Shown here in pieces: positions 52,535 to 64,000 of a stretch of 64,000 nucleotides of DNA. Each line of letters begins with the position of its first letter. The first letter of the stretch is position 1. Under the pieces are notes generated by a model, which was not told the origin of the DNA, ran no database searches, and saw only the letters and a program-made list of their open reading frames with translations. Origin of the DNA: Sphagnum compactum (Eukaryota); the NCBI GenBank assembly GCA_965153455.1, contig OZ234493.1:11956213-12020212 (forward strand). Reading direction: 5' to 3'. Position numbers and translations under genes: made by a program.

Positions 52535-54333
52535 ACAATAAAAACATTATGAAAACTAATGGTTTTATTAATTGTATTCCTTATTTGTTGAAATTTTCGA
52601 ATTACATATTCAAGTGTGGAATTATAAACTTTTAATTTTATTAATTTTATTCAACATACAAGTGCCAAAGCTGCCCATGTATTGTGATATTTATGTTGAA
52701 AAGATGAATTATTGCATGCTTTTAACATAACTTGATTGATAAAATCACACATTCGAAGGGGCCTACATTGATGTTTGTCTTTCGACACATTTGGTTAAGT
52801 AATGTCAAGTTGCGTACATAAGATTATCATAAATTGATGAATGTACCAAGTTTAACATATTTAACCTTTAAGAATAGCTCCATACCCTATATTTGGGCCA
52901 ACATTTATGACATGCAACACATTGTGTTAGTTGTTTCCAATCCCCATCCATAAACATGATAAATGAAATAATATAAGGTGTTCAAGATTATTAAATTGTA
53001 ACTACATGGGCAAACATTACAGTGCCTAGCTAATCATGAACAATCTTTTTAATCTTTAATGCCTTTTACAAGCATTGAATCATGTACACATTGTTTGATA
53101 TTATTGACTTTTTCTATCATAAAATGGTTGTATTTCATCCAAACTATATATGCAAACCACTTCATTGTTGTTAATGGAGTTAAAACCTTTTCTTAATTAA
53201 GGCTTTTGAAGAATATATGGTGTATGGTTGTGATTGAATAAAATTAATGGTCAACATTCCCCTTCCTCAACCCCCCCTCCACCCTAAACAAAGGGAATTT
53301 CAAGTTTTTTAGTTTGGGGAAAGACATCTCTTTTGCCTACACTTGTTTTGCCAAGCCCCCACATACCCTTAGTTTTTATTATACTCTCGTCATCCAATTG
53401 AAAGTCATGTAATACATAGTGATAAATGTTGTATCCTTCCCCAAGTTGGCAATTTCCTTTGTCATTTGAAATTCCATGTTTTATTTCACTATCAACTACC
53501 CTAATGCACTTGAATCAGTTACTTAAGACATATACATAGTCATCACAATATTCCAATGGTTGGAATCATATAAAGTACTTTTCATCCAATGGTCCTAATC
53601 AACCCACCCATAACCGCTCCAATTCTTGATGCACTTTTCTTTGCATTTTTGCAATTTGTTACAACAAAATTTCTTTCCTTTCAACTCCCATATTAATGAA
53701 AACAATTGTGACATAAACAATATGTCTCACTTGTTCTTCATAGGTGTGTGTTCTTGATAATTGAACTATAATGTTGGATTGAAGCTATTGTGTCTTTTGT
53801 TTTTTAAAAGGTGTTAAATTCTATCAAAGTGATGAATAACATTGGTGTGTTTTATACACCATAAAAAACATCTTTGATTATCATATTTGTTTTTACTTGG
53901 GTTTTGCGTGGGAGATTGTTGTTTTGATCAATTTGGTTGCATGCAAGTTGTGATTGAATATTTTTAAAAGGGTTTTTTTGTGGATGTCAAATTTTTGGAT
54001 GGGGATTTGAGTTTGAAAGCATTTTCCTTCTCCATTTTCAGAAAACCATCTACCAAGGTGTCTAGTGGGGTTGTGACTTCATATTGATAACCTTTGGGAA
54101 GCTCAACATCAACCATGTTGAGCATTCACAATTTTTTGCCATGTAGATGGGGGTTATATGTGTGACCATTTTCATTTTAAGTGTGACACTTTGATGAAGT
54201 AAAGAAAGAGATGGGAGCTTCAATACTTTTTTTTTTTGAATTAGAGCTTTAATAATGAAGTGATTTAAAATTAGAAATTGATTGATTTTTTGATTCAAAC
54301 TTTGATTTTTTCCTTCTTGAATGGTGAGGGTAG

Positions 54334-56314
54334 AGTTTTCGCAAGGGAGTTGGGCCCACACGAGGAGACAAGAACAAAGAGCCGTTTGCAAGGGTTGTTA
54401 GAAGAACAAAAACAAGAGATTCGTGAAACTTTTGACCTCTTTGATGCATATAGTTTCAGTAATCAATCCAATACTGCAATCTTTACAACTAGTTAATGGA
54501 TTTTATGGTATTTGTGGTCTTTGTAATATGTACTTTTGGAAACATTATATGAATATCTATTTTCTTGAAGTCATGTTGAATTGATTTTTTGAACCTCAAC
54601 ATTGCAATTGTTAAAGATAAAAACCACATCATAATGCGTAGCCATCAAATGCAAGTATTTGGGTAGTGATAAAGTCTCCATTTTGTGATGTACTTGTTGA
54701 AGTACTTTTGAAAACCCAATATTTTCAAGTTATTAATTTTTGTAAATAAATGATTGATGTTGTGACATTAATCATAATTTCTTTTGGGTTTCAGGTATAA
54801 TTGACGCAAAGGAATTCAAAGTAGCAATGAGGTAGGAAACCTACCATCTTTATGTTTGTACATAAATATTAAATACATTAAAATATTTTAATGTGTATAT
54901 TTTTTTGTTTCATTCTTGTTTATGTGTTTTCTTCGGTTTTCTTTTCATGAATTCTCAAATTAAAATATTATGGCAATTCATAGCAGGGCCCTTGGCTTTG
55001 AACCCAAAAAAAAGGTTACTGGACCCAAAACCTTTGGTTTTAAGTCCCTAACACTCAATAAACAAATCACAATCATTTGATCCTTGGTGTCAAATTAAGT
55101 TTTTGAGATATTTTTTACAAATTTGCTTTGAAAACTCATCAAGTTTAACGGATTGGAAGTTTTTGCTTCATGGCAAGTTTTTGTTTCATGATTTATAAAC
55201 CTTATTATAACTTGATCTACCTATATATCATAGAACTTTGTTGATGATTTTTGTAAGTTGAAGAAAAACCCAAAACGTTGTAAATCAAACTTGACGTTTA
55301 GTATCAATATTAAAAATCTTAATATCCAAATCCTTTCCCTCAAAAGTTTAAAATTTGCAACGTGTTGGCAACAGGAAATCAAGAAAATGATTGTAGACAT
55401 TGACAAGGATGGCGGTGGGACTATTGATTTTGAAGAGTTCTTGCAAATGATGACAACCAAGATGGGAGAATGTGATTCTAAAGAAGAGATCATGAAAGCA
55501 TTTCGTTTATTTGATGATGATGAAACTGTACGTTTTACAATATACTGCAAACAATATATGTATATAAAAAATTGGATTATCATTTCACTATTAGTTAATC
55601 TCACATACAAAATATATATTTTGTCAAACATGAGCAATTATATCACCAATTAGTAACATGATACTTTACAAAAAATATGCAATTTTACACAATAGATGTT
55701 ATTTGTACTATTTAATTATTTAAAAAATTCCACAATTTATGTAGGGTAAAATATCATTCAAGAATCTTAAACGGGTTGCAAAAGCTTGGTGAGAACATGA
55801 TAGATGAAGAATCACAAGAAATGATTGATGAAGCTGACCGTGATGGTAAAATTACTTCCATTGATTCAAACATCATGGTTACATGATAAATACAAAATTT
55901 GAATTGTTTTTCATGCATATGTTTTGTTCAACTTACATTATGATTACATTCATTTTTAGAGAATGGGACAAGTTTGGAGATATTTTTGAAAAGATGGAGA
56001 ATGGGTAATGCACAAATCAAGTTAAGCAAACAAATAAAAAAAGAAGAAGAAAAAAAGAAGCTACCTATTGTTTTGTTTTTGAAATGAAAAAATCAATTGA
56101 AGAAACAAAAGTTATAATAAATGGTGCCAAATTGTAGCCAATTTATCAATATAGAAAAACAATATTTTGTTCATGTGATGAAGTTGGATATGGTTGTTAC
56201 AATATTCCGTTTTCCACTTAATATTTTACTAAAGTTGTTCATTTTCCGATAGGTGATGGTGAAATCAATGAAGAGGAGTTCTATAGGATTATGAAGAAGA
56301 CGAGCCTTTTTTGA
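54334..56314 (+). pseudogene. Centrin/caltractin non-processed pseudogene (6 recognisable exons)
   Basis: Exons give [117 protein letters not shown]. There is an apparent +1 frameshift at ~54380 and a 2-nt deletion at ~55784 giving TGA at 55790. The EF-hand 1 loop is degraded. Confidence 0.85.
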
Positions 56315-57020
56315 GCTCCACGAAATTAAAACAATTCAATTTTCACATTTCCATCATGACATTCATATTGTTGCATGGGAATATTATCATCGTGTACAAT
56401 ATGAAACCTCCAAGACAAGCCATTTTAACTTTTTCAAACTTTTGGTGATTTCTGAAATAACACATTGTACATAAGGTTGTACATTTGTAATTTGGAAAAA
56501 ATCATGAATCAATGCATCCTAGCAAATATCATGGGTGTTTCTAACAATATTGAACTTTAAACTTCATCCTATACACATGTTTGAAGATAGATATGTAAGT
56601 AGACATTGGCAATTGGCACCAAATTATCATACTTTTTTGGGTAATTAGATTTCTTGCATTAGCCATATTGCACATAAAGAAAAAAAGGAAAAAAAAAACC
56701 AGGTAAAAGGTGATGAATAATATTTTGTTAGCTTATATTCAAGTGATAAGTTTGTTTGACATTCCTATGCTTCTTGAAACCCGAATAATGTGATGCAATT
56801 AGAGCTTCTAATTGCTACATGTACATGATGTGTTTTATATTATTTGAGTTCAAAAAGTTTTGAATTAAACTTCAAATGTATTGGGTATTGAAACACCTTT
56901 TTTTTGAAAAGTGATTATTGATTCACATGATTTCATGGGAGGTCTTTCTTGTGATGTGTCTTTCACAAATGGTCTATTTCATTTCACAATTGGCCTTTCT
57001 TGTTGAAGGTTTATTTCATT

Positions 57021-57142
57021 TCAATTTTGCAATGTTAAAGGTTATATACTTCATCCAAACTATATGTGATAGTTTCCTGCAAAATTGAAACTATATGTGA
57101 TAGTTTGGATGAAGTATATAACCTTTAACATTGCAAAATTGA
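57021..57142. repeat. Perfect 43-bp inverted repeat with a 36-bp spacer
   Basis: TCAATTTTGCAATGTTAAAGGTTATATACTTCATCCAAACTAT (57021-57063) is the exact reverse complement of 57100-57142. Confidence 0.95.
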
Positions 57143-57286
57143 CTTTGGACCCTCTAAAGTCTTTACATGACTTTGAACCTCCGAGGGTCTCTTTCCATTA
57201 ACCCCCTAAACATTAGGAAAAGATGGGGAAAAAAAAAAACACTAAAAAGTGTTTAGGGGACATCTAGGGGTTAAGCTGATGTGATC

Positions 57287-57510
57287 AGAATGTGCTGTTG
57301 ATCACACAAGCAAATGGGAAAGCCATTGATATAAGGCCTTGTTTCTTGCGCTGTTGATCAGAGGCTAAATGGAAAGCCACAGAAAGCCAATGAGAATGTG
57401 CTGTTGATCACACAAGCAAATGGAAAGCCACTGATATAGGGCCTTGTTTCTTGCGCTGTTGTTGATCAGAGGCTAAATGGAAAGCCATTGACGTAAGGCC
57501 TTGTTTCTTG
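57287..57510. repeat. 2 x ~105-bp tandem repeat built from ~50-bp subunits
   Basis: CTGTTGATCA..AAATGGAAAGCCA occurs four times and GGCCTTGTTTCTTGC three times. Confidence 0.9.
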
Positions 57511-60500
57511 CTCGCACTGACTGACGAGTGCTTTCTTTCCATTGGAGAGCTGCAACTTGGAGGGTTGAAAATATGTAGTTAATCAGAGTTACGGTCGTAA
57601 TTTTTCTTCTTGTTGGGGTCATCTTCTCAGTTACGAATGAATATTAAGGTCTCCACTTTTTGACGATGGGGTCACAATTTGACGCACAGCATAAAATCAC
57701 TAGTCAATTCTTGACCAATAGATTTGTGAGGTGGTGACTCTGAGCACATGTAGTTGGAAAAAAAAAAAAAACAATGAAAGTTCGTAGGATCGCATCAGCC
57801 CACCTAATAGAAGATATCCGAAGTATGCACTACGTACAACGGAAAGGGCCAATAATAAAAAAATAATAATGGGGGGGGGGCTCCCTTTGATGTGGCTATT
57901 CTAAAATAGCCTCAAATGGGTTTCATGTGGTCATGTTTTTTGGACAATATATGTCCAAATAACGAATCGGGCAAAACAATTTGGCATAAAATTTGGCTAT
58001 ATTTTTCCATAGAATTTAGAGCCCATTCCAAAAGCTAAGGTTGATGATCTTTCTAAGGGTGGCGACTCTTGGCTATGCCCACGACCTTTTTGCCCATGCT
58101 CAATGCCACAATTGACATCATTGTAGTTGACAAGCCCCCCCCATCTTTATCTTTGAGAACTCTTTTTGTTCACACTTTTAAAACCCCATATCAAATTCTT
58201 TAACTTGTCCCAAATTTATATTAAACATGACTTTTGTGTACATGTCCTCGACAACATTTGTTTTGGGTGAGAAAGTTCAACCAAATGAAAAAAAATAAAA
58301 AAAGAAGAAGATTATTGGGTTGTATTGTTCTCATTCTTTTCTGAAAAAACTTGCAAATTTTTCTATGAAAACTTTATTGGGAAATTATTTGTTACATTTG
58401 GATTCTTGATTTTAATTTGGTATTATTTTTTAAAACTAGTTTACCATTTAGAAAGGTTCCAAAAGCCTATTGCCATTTATTGCTAAATTCCTCTTGGGAG
58501 GCTAACTTATGATGCACCATCACAAAATTGAAAAAATTATCATTAGTCCTCAAACAACATATTATGGAAACTAGACAATTGTTTGCATTTATGTTTATTT
58601 ATAAAAAATGAATTTTGAATTTCATGAAAGTAAAACACTATATGGATCACAACTTGATCACAAGTGATTACAAAATAATTTCACACAATAATACACATTA
58701 AAAAACCATTGATTTCTTCAGGATTGATCATAAATATATCAATTTTGCATGCAAAATACCTAATCATGCCCATGATTTTTGTTCGAACATATTGAAATAA
58801 TATTCGAGTTTTCATAATTTTTCTTTTGCATGATGATACCTTTTGTCATAAATGGCAAGGCCATAGTGTGACACACACCTAGTTGATGATTCAATTGAGA
58901 TTATATCTTGGCCTATGGGTGAAAACATGGTAAATTAGATCAATTAAGCATCTCAACTAAAATGCAAATTTTAACTATAACAATTTTCAACATAAGTACA
59001 AAAGTATATTTAATATTTAAAAAACTCTCAATATGAAAACATCCATGGCTTCATTTGAGTTTGTAATTAGATGAATACAAAATTTGAAAAAGTTTAGAAT
59101 AATGAAAGAAGGGATCAAGTAGTCTTGAACTAATTAGTGAATATAGTATTTAAAAGAAAATTATGTTAAAAATCTGATATATATATATAGATTATAATAT
59201 GAAAAGTTTAAAAATCTACAAGTGTTTTATTACACCATTAACTTGAAATAAGAAAAATTCAATGTTTTATCTACTTGTAACCTAATTTGTAAATTGTGGA
59301 TTTTGTTTATATTTTGACAAATTTTACTTAAACCTATTTTAAACACGATTTTAGAATATAATTGTAACAAAATTTAAGAAAACATGAACTCATATTAAAT
59401 ATTGAAGTAAATAATATTTTAAAGTTCAATATATCAATTATTTTAGACCTGCTTGATGGGTACTTACCATTTATGCTGCTTCAAGGATTGCAAGCGATTT
59501 AATCTACCGTGCTTTCACTCTTACGATGGCTAAAACTAATTAAAAAGCCACTTAGCAATCATAAATAAGGCGTTTGGCAATTAAAGTGGCCCCATTGGCC
59601 AACGATTGTTTAACATTAGCAAGAGTTCCACATCATTGCACAATTGGAAAAAAATGGTTGCAACAAAAGATGAAAGGGTGATCATAAATTGCAAAGAGCT
59701 TGTTCAAATAACTGCAAATTGTCACTCAATTCTGAAAACTCCCAGCTCGGATTGAATTTTGGTAGAGAGAGAGAGAGAGAGAGAACAACACATAGAATTA
59801 GGAAGAAGAAAATGCATGAAATGAAAACAATGCTAAAAGGTCAATAAGAGATTTGGGATGGCCAACTGAGAGTTGAAGACAAGGGTTATATAGGATTAGA
59901 GCATCTCCGGCTGTGCTCAGTATGTCACCCTGCTGCGCAAATATTTTGCAACATCCAAGTTTAGTTCTGTATACTCTTTTGCTGGCAACCCCACCCATAA
60001 AACTCAAACTGGGACAGCAAATAGGTTGCGGGAACTTCTCTAATAGGAAACCACCTGGACGAATCATTATGATGGACCAATCAGAAGAAACACTGAGCAG
60101 CAAGCGCGCTGTTTGATCATTACTTATTACACTCTTTTCTGCACACGGCTGTGCCCTTTCACCAGCCATGGCAATTGCGGAGCCAAAACCACTTTCGTGA
60201 CCCAAATTGGCATATGTTGGATTTTCTTCATCCAATTTTACTGTGCAGGATCATACCTGGATTATTATTATTATGTGAAAAAATATTAATAATAATTTTG
60301 TTTAGATTTTCTCTTGGATGGTCAATTTTGACTGTTCATTACTCATTCATTTCAACTCCTTTTTAAAAGTTTTTTTTTTCCCCACATGACTCATATCCGT
60401 GCCTTTTTTATAATTGCTCAACCAAATTTTATTTGCCTACCACCAGTTTTTTTTTTTTCTTTTTCTTTCTGTAAATGGAACAAAAACATCTCTATCCAAG

Positions 60501-60592
60501 TCTCCAAAAGCTTGAAGTCAAAGAATATGCAACACAATATTCAACACAAGCCAAAAAATCATCTTTCAAAAATCCTCATATAAAAATAGCAC

Positions 60593-60623
<31 letters not shown>

Positions 60624-60654
60624 TAGGGGCCTATAAAAATCCCTTAAGCTACTA

Positions 60655-60875
60655 CCGTAGTACCTTGGCCATTTCAACACATGTCCGTTGAATGAATGAA
60701 TGAATGAATTAATTAATTTTGATAACATTCATTTCACAAAATGGAATATTCCAAAATATTCACTAGTTTTCCTTCACAATATTTTTTTGATTTGGAAGAA
60801 ATAAATTTTTGAAAATTTCAACATCTCTGAAAATAATAAATAATAAATAGTGTCGAAGTGGCCAAGGTACTAAGG
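60655..60875. mobile_element. TA-flanked MITE (Tc1/mariner, Stowaway-like), 221 bp
   Basis: The 26-bp TIRs CCGTAGTACCTTGGCCATTTCAACAC and GTGTCGAAGTGGCCAAGGTACTAAGG have 3 mismatches, with TA on both sides. The paralogous empty site is at about 13535. Confidence 0.9.
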
Positions 60876-61004
60876 TATATACTCTATAGTGAATCTAAAC
60901 ACAAAGGGATTGGGTTTTTAGGGTTTAGGGTTTAAAACAAGCTTCACCCTTCTCCATATCGTAAAGCTTTCCCGCTTGCATCGCTGGTGCGGAGTTCTCC
61001 GCCT

Positions 61005-61230
61005 GCATGCATCGGAGGCAGCAGCAATTGCGGAAAAAGATTAAAATCAGTGGTGTATTTCTCCGGCTCCCCTTCGTGTACCGGAGGCAGCAATTGCAGA
61101 AAAAAATCCAGTGTTTAATTCTCCTTGTTCTCCCTTGTGCACCGGAGGCAGTGGTTGCAGAAAACCAGAGTGTATTTTTTTCTCCGTCTTCTCCCTTGTG
61201 CATCACAGGAAGCGATTGCAGAAAAAGAAA
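61005..61230. repeat. 4 x ~62-bp tandem repeat in the leader of the small membrane-protein gene
   Basis: G(C/T)A(C/T)CGGAGGCAG..TTGC(A/G)GAAAA..GTG..CTCC..TCCCTT(C/G)GTG units. Confidence 0.85.
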
Positions 61231-61357
61231 AACCAATTTTCTTCGTGTCGGCAAGTAATTGCGACTCAGATTTCGTCGCTTTCACTATTGTAAGAATCGG
61301 AAAAGATATCGCTCGCTTTCACTATTGTAAGGATCGGAAGAGATATCGCTTTGCAGA

Positions 61358-61901
61358 ATGGCAAGGGACGCAGCAGCAGGAGGAGGAGGAGGAGAAATGG
61401 TTGCGGAGAGAAGGCCAAGCTTTGTACAAGATTGTAAGGAAGCAGGATTCGTGAATGCATGCGAGAGGCAATGGCACAGGACAGTCGCACATGCCAAAGC
61501 TTTCCCTTACTTGTGGGCTTCCTATTTCCTTATCTACGGTACGTGCAGAAATCGTCTTCTTCTGCTCCTCCTCCTCGTCTTTTTATTCTTTTTATGACAC
61601 TGAAGGAATCAGTCAGGGCCAAAATCTTCCATGAACTTAGGGTTGTTATAAAGCTCTCTCAGGGAAAAAGCACAGACAAAATTACCATGGTGCAGGAGGA
61701 TTTGGAACATATTTTGTGTATCAACGTCGACGGCTGCACCAAGCGGAGAATCAAGTCCTGAGGCTGCAAAAGGAGCTTCTAAACAAAGTGCAGCAACAAG
61801 AAGAACAAGAGGCCATAATAAAAGCTATGAAACAGAACCAGCAAACAACAGCAGCACCTTCACCACAGCTTCAGCCAAACTCATCATCAGTTAGTCTCTG
61901 A
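61358..61901 (+). CDS. Small (128 aa) uncharacterised single-pass membrane / coiled-coil protein, exons 61358-61538 and 61696-61901
   Basis: A GT-AG splice joins MARDAAAG..HAKAFPYLWASYFLIYG to GFGTYFVYQRRRLHQAENQVLRLQKELL.. in frame (387 nt). It resembles a recalled plant family with the pattern AKTYPYVW.SY..VYGG. Confidence 0.75.
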
Positions 61902-62093
61902 TCTCTGAATGACACAATGAGGCAACAGAGAATGGCACCACTGATCAGGCTTTAGAGGTGCCTTCTTGAACCTGCATTTTGAGTATACTACATACCTAAT
62001 CTCTGTTTTACATTGCAAAGATGGCGCGAACTGAGTCTCATTTTTCACTAACAACAGAAATTAAACAAGCGATGGAAATCAAATGTAATGTCC

Positions 62094-62290
62094 AAGTGCA
62101 TTGCAACATCACATTTGCAAAAACATCCACTGGTTGGAATTTGGAACCTAAGTGCCTTGCATCGTCACATTTGCAACATCCACTGGTTGGAACCAAGTGC
62201 CTTGCAATATCATATTTGCAACAACATCCAACCACCAGGCACCTTGCAACATCACATTTGCAACAATATCCAGTGACTGGAATGCAACAA
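62094..62290. repeat. 4 x ~42-55-bp tandem repeat downstream of the small gene
   Basis: TTGCA(A)CATCACATTTGCAA(C)A(A)CATCCA units. Confidence 0.85.
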
Positions 62291-63724
62291 ACCTTGTGTA
62301 TGATACTTATACATAGAAAACATGCACACATCTACATATAACTGTCATGGTTCTACTCACAAATCTACTTCCTTTGTCAAGAGCTCTGACTCAATTGACT
62401 TTGGTACTCAAAATCCCAATAACCTGAGTTTCTTCTTCATTGGTGGCTGGATGGTAGCATGTCAACAACCACTGATTGCCCCACACACTCTTATCCTGCA
62501 ATACAATCATGCAATCTGGAAGTATCCTGCAAACTAGTATCCAAGCAAAATGCATCTACAGACTCCAGATAGGTTGCCAGAGGAAACACCTTTGTACACA
62601 GACGGGTGAGGGAATGAATTACCATTCGCAGGAGAGGACTCCAAAATCCAGAGGAGAGTTGTAAAACATGGACAAGGTGCCAAGGTTGAAACTATTTCAT
62701 TTGAGGACTGGTAAATGGTCCAACAATTCTGAGGCCCACTTTACAGGCAAGGGGATTATCTCCCCATTCCGTTCAACCTGGAGTGCTAAGCACCACAATA
62801 TGTAAACTATACTAAGCACATCTTGCATACTCTCTTCCTATCATGGAGAGAGATGCACATCCAGTAGGCTACATCCTGAATTTAAATCCCATGTATAGAA
62901 TTGGATGGCTTTCTTTGATTTGCAAACATTCATGGAACTTTCATCAATGAAGCTATCCCAAGCTTTTGGAAGCTAATTTGAAGAGCAGCTGTTGAGGAAG
63001 CCGTGGGGGAGGTGGGGTGGAGAGGGGGGGGGCTATCATGTGCTTTAACTCTACTCCAAAGGCTCTGCACATCTTGTGAACTATGGGAAAACTACTTGCA
63101 ATGGGATCTATATAACATTACTAGAAATGTAAATGGGCAAACAAGAAAATTTATCAAAGGTTAACATAAAAGCTACAGACCAGCAGCCGGTCCCTATTTC
63201 TGACAACAAAAAAACGATGAAAAAAGAAGAGTGATTATACACAGATGAAGGCACTAACAGCAACTTATTATGTAGTTGCAATGGAATGAGGAAATGAAGT
63301 GTGGTCCCACAACAACTTTGGCTCACAACTGAACTTGGCATTTAGCACTGGTTCACATTGGGCAGGTGATTGTCTCAGAACTTGATTGCCATCAGAACAA
63401 GCAGCGGGCCACAAACCTTTGATTACTGGTACCATGACACTATCGGAGCTGAAATTGGTTGCCAGTTTCAAATATAGCGGTTGTGAGGTTGTTGTGAAGT
63501 TCTTCATATGTGTCATAATCAGGGAGAATAAGTTCATTGAAACATGTGTGAGCCTGTCAGAAACAAAACCAATTTAATAAATACAGAGTTCATTGATAGG
63601 ACAAAAAAGTTGCTGTGCTGACATGATCTCTGGCTAATCTGTGTTTGTGACATGCTTGTGCCATATCTGTGAGATTGCAGATATATATCCAAAACAACAC
63701 TTTGGTAGCAGCACAAGGAATGCA

Positions 63725-63917
63725 GTCATAACCTTATGAGAGTCACTCACAAAGTGTCAGACCATCATGTTAATCCCAAATAGCAGTGATGAGCTGCCAT
63801 GACTACCCACTGACTGCATTGGATACCAATGGTGGGTGTGGGAGGGGAGAAGTATACGACAATCCACCCAAATTGCAACCAATTTTATATTATATAAAAT
63901 CTGAATCCTGAGTTTCT
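63725..63917. repeat. Dispersed element, full-length copy D
   Basis: Colinear with 1654-1842 through GTCATAACCTT, GTCACTCACAAAG, TCAGACCATCA, GCAGTGA..AGCTGCCA, CCCACTGAC, CCAATGGTGGGTGT and CTGAGTTTCT. Confidence 0.85.
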
Positions 63918-64000
63918 ATTGCATTTCCAGAAGCAAGAGAGGACTCGATCATGATGTTGCCCAGCACTTAAGAGAAATAGCTAAATAGAAAATAGTGACT

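Noticed and set aside
60915..60933. TTTAGGG repeats as telomere sequence (also ~665-682)
   Set aside because: Only about two units are present, consistent with interstitial telo-boxes.

Overview
Eukaryotic land-plant nuclear DNA, probably from a bryophyte such as Sphagnum (inferred from the flagellate-lineage centrin and the gene/repeat style). Intron-rich gene islands alternate with AT-rich, TE-derived deserts. Seven intact spliced genes were reconstructed by hand: a CIPK8/24(SOS2)-type kinase (-), an MsrB1-type reductase (+), an RGP/UAM mutase (-), an AIPP1/EDM3-like RRM protein (-) head-to-head with FIP37/WTAP (+), WDR48/LRS1 (-), and a small two-exon membrane/coiled-coil protein (+). There is also an intron-retaining centrin pseudogene with two frameshifts. 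Mobile DNA includes a 134-bp CACTA element, a TA-flanked MITE whose empty site lies elsewhere in the window, a Helitron 3' end joined to an RLE-type non-LTR relic, and two tRNA-like SINE heads. The most notable unexplained signal is a ~190-bp dispersed element found four times, three of them in introns in the same orientation as the host gene. No CRISPR, rRNA or intact tRNA was seen. All family assignments are from recall of protein families, not from database searches.
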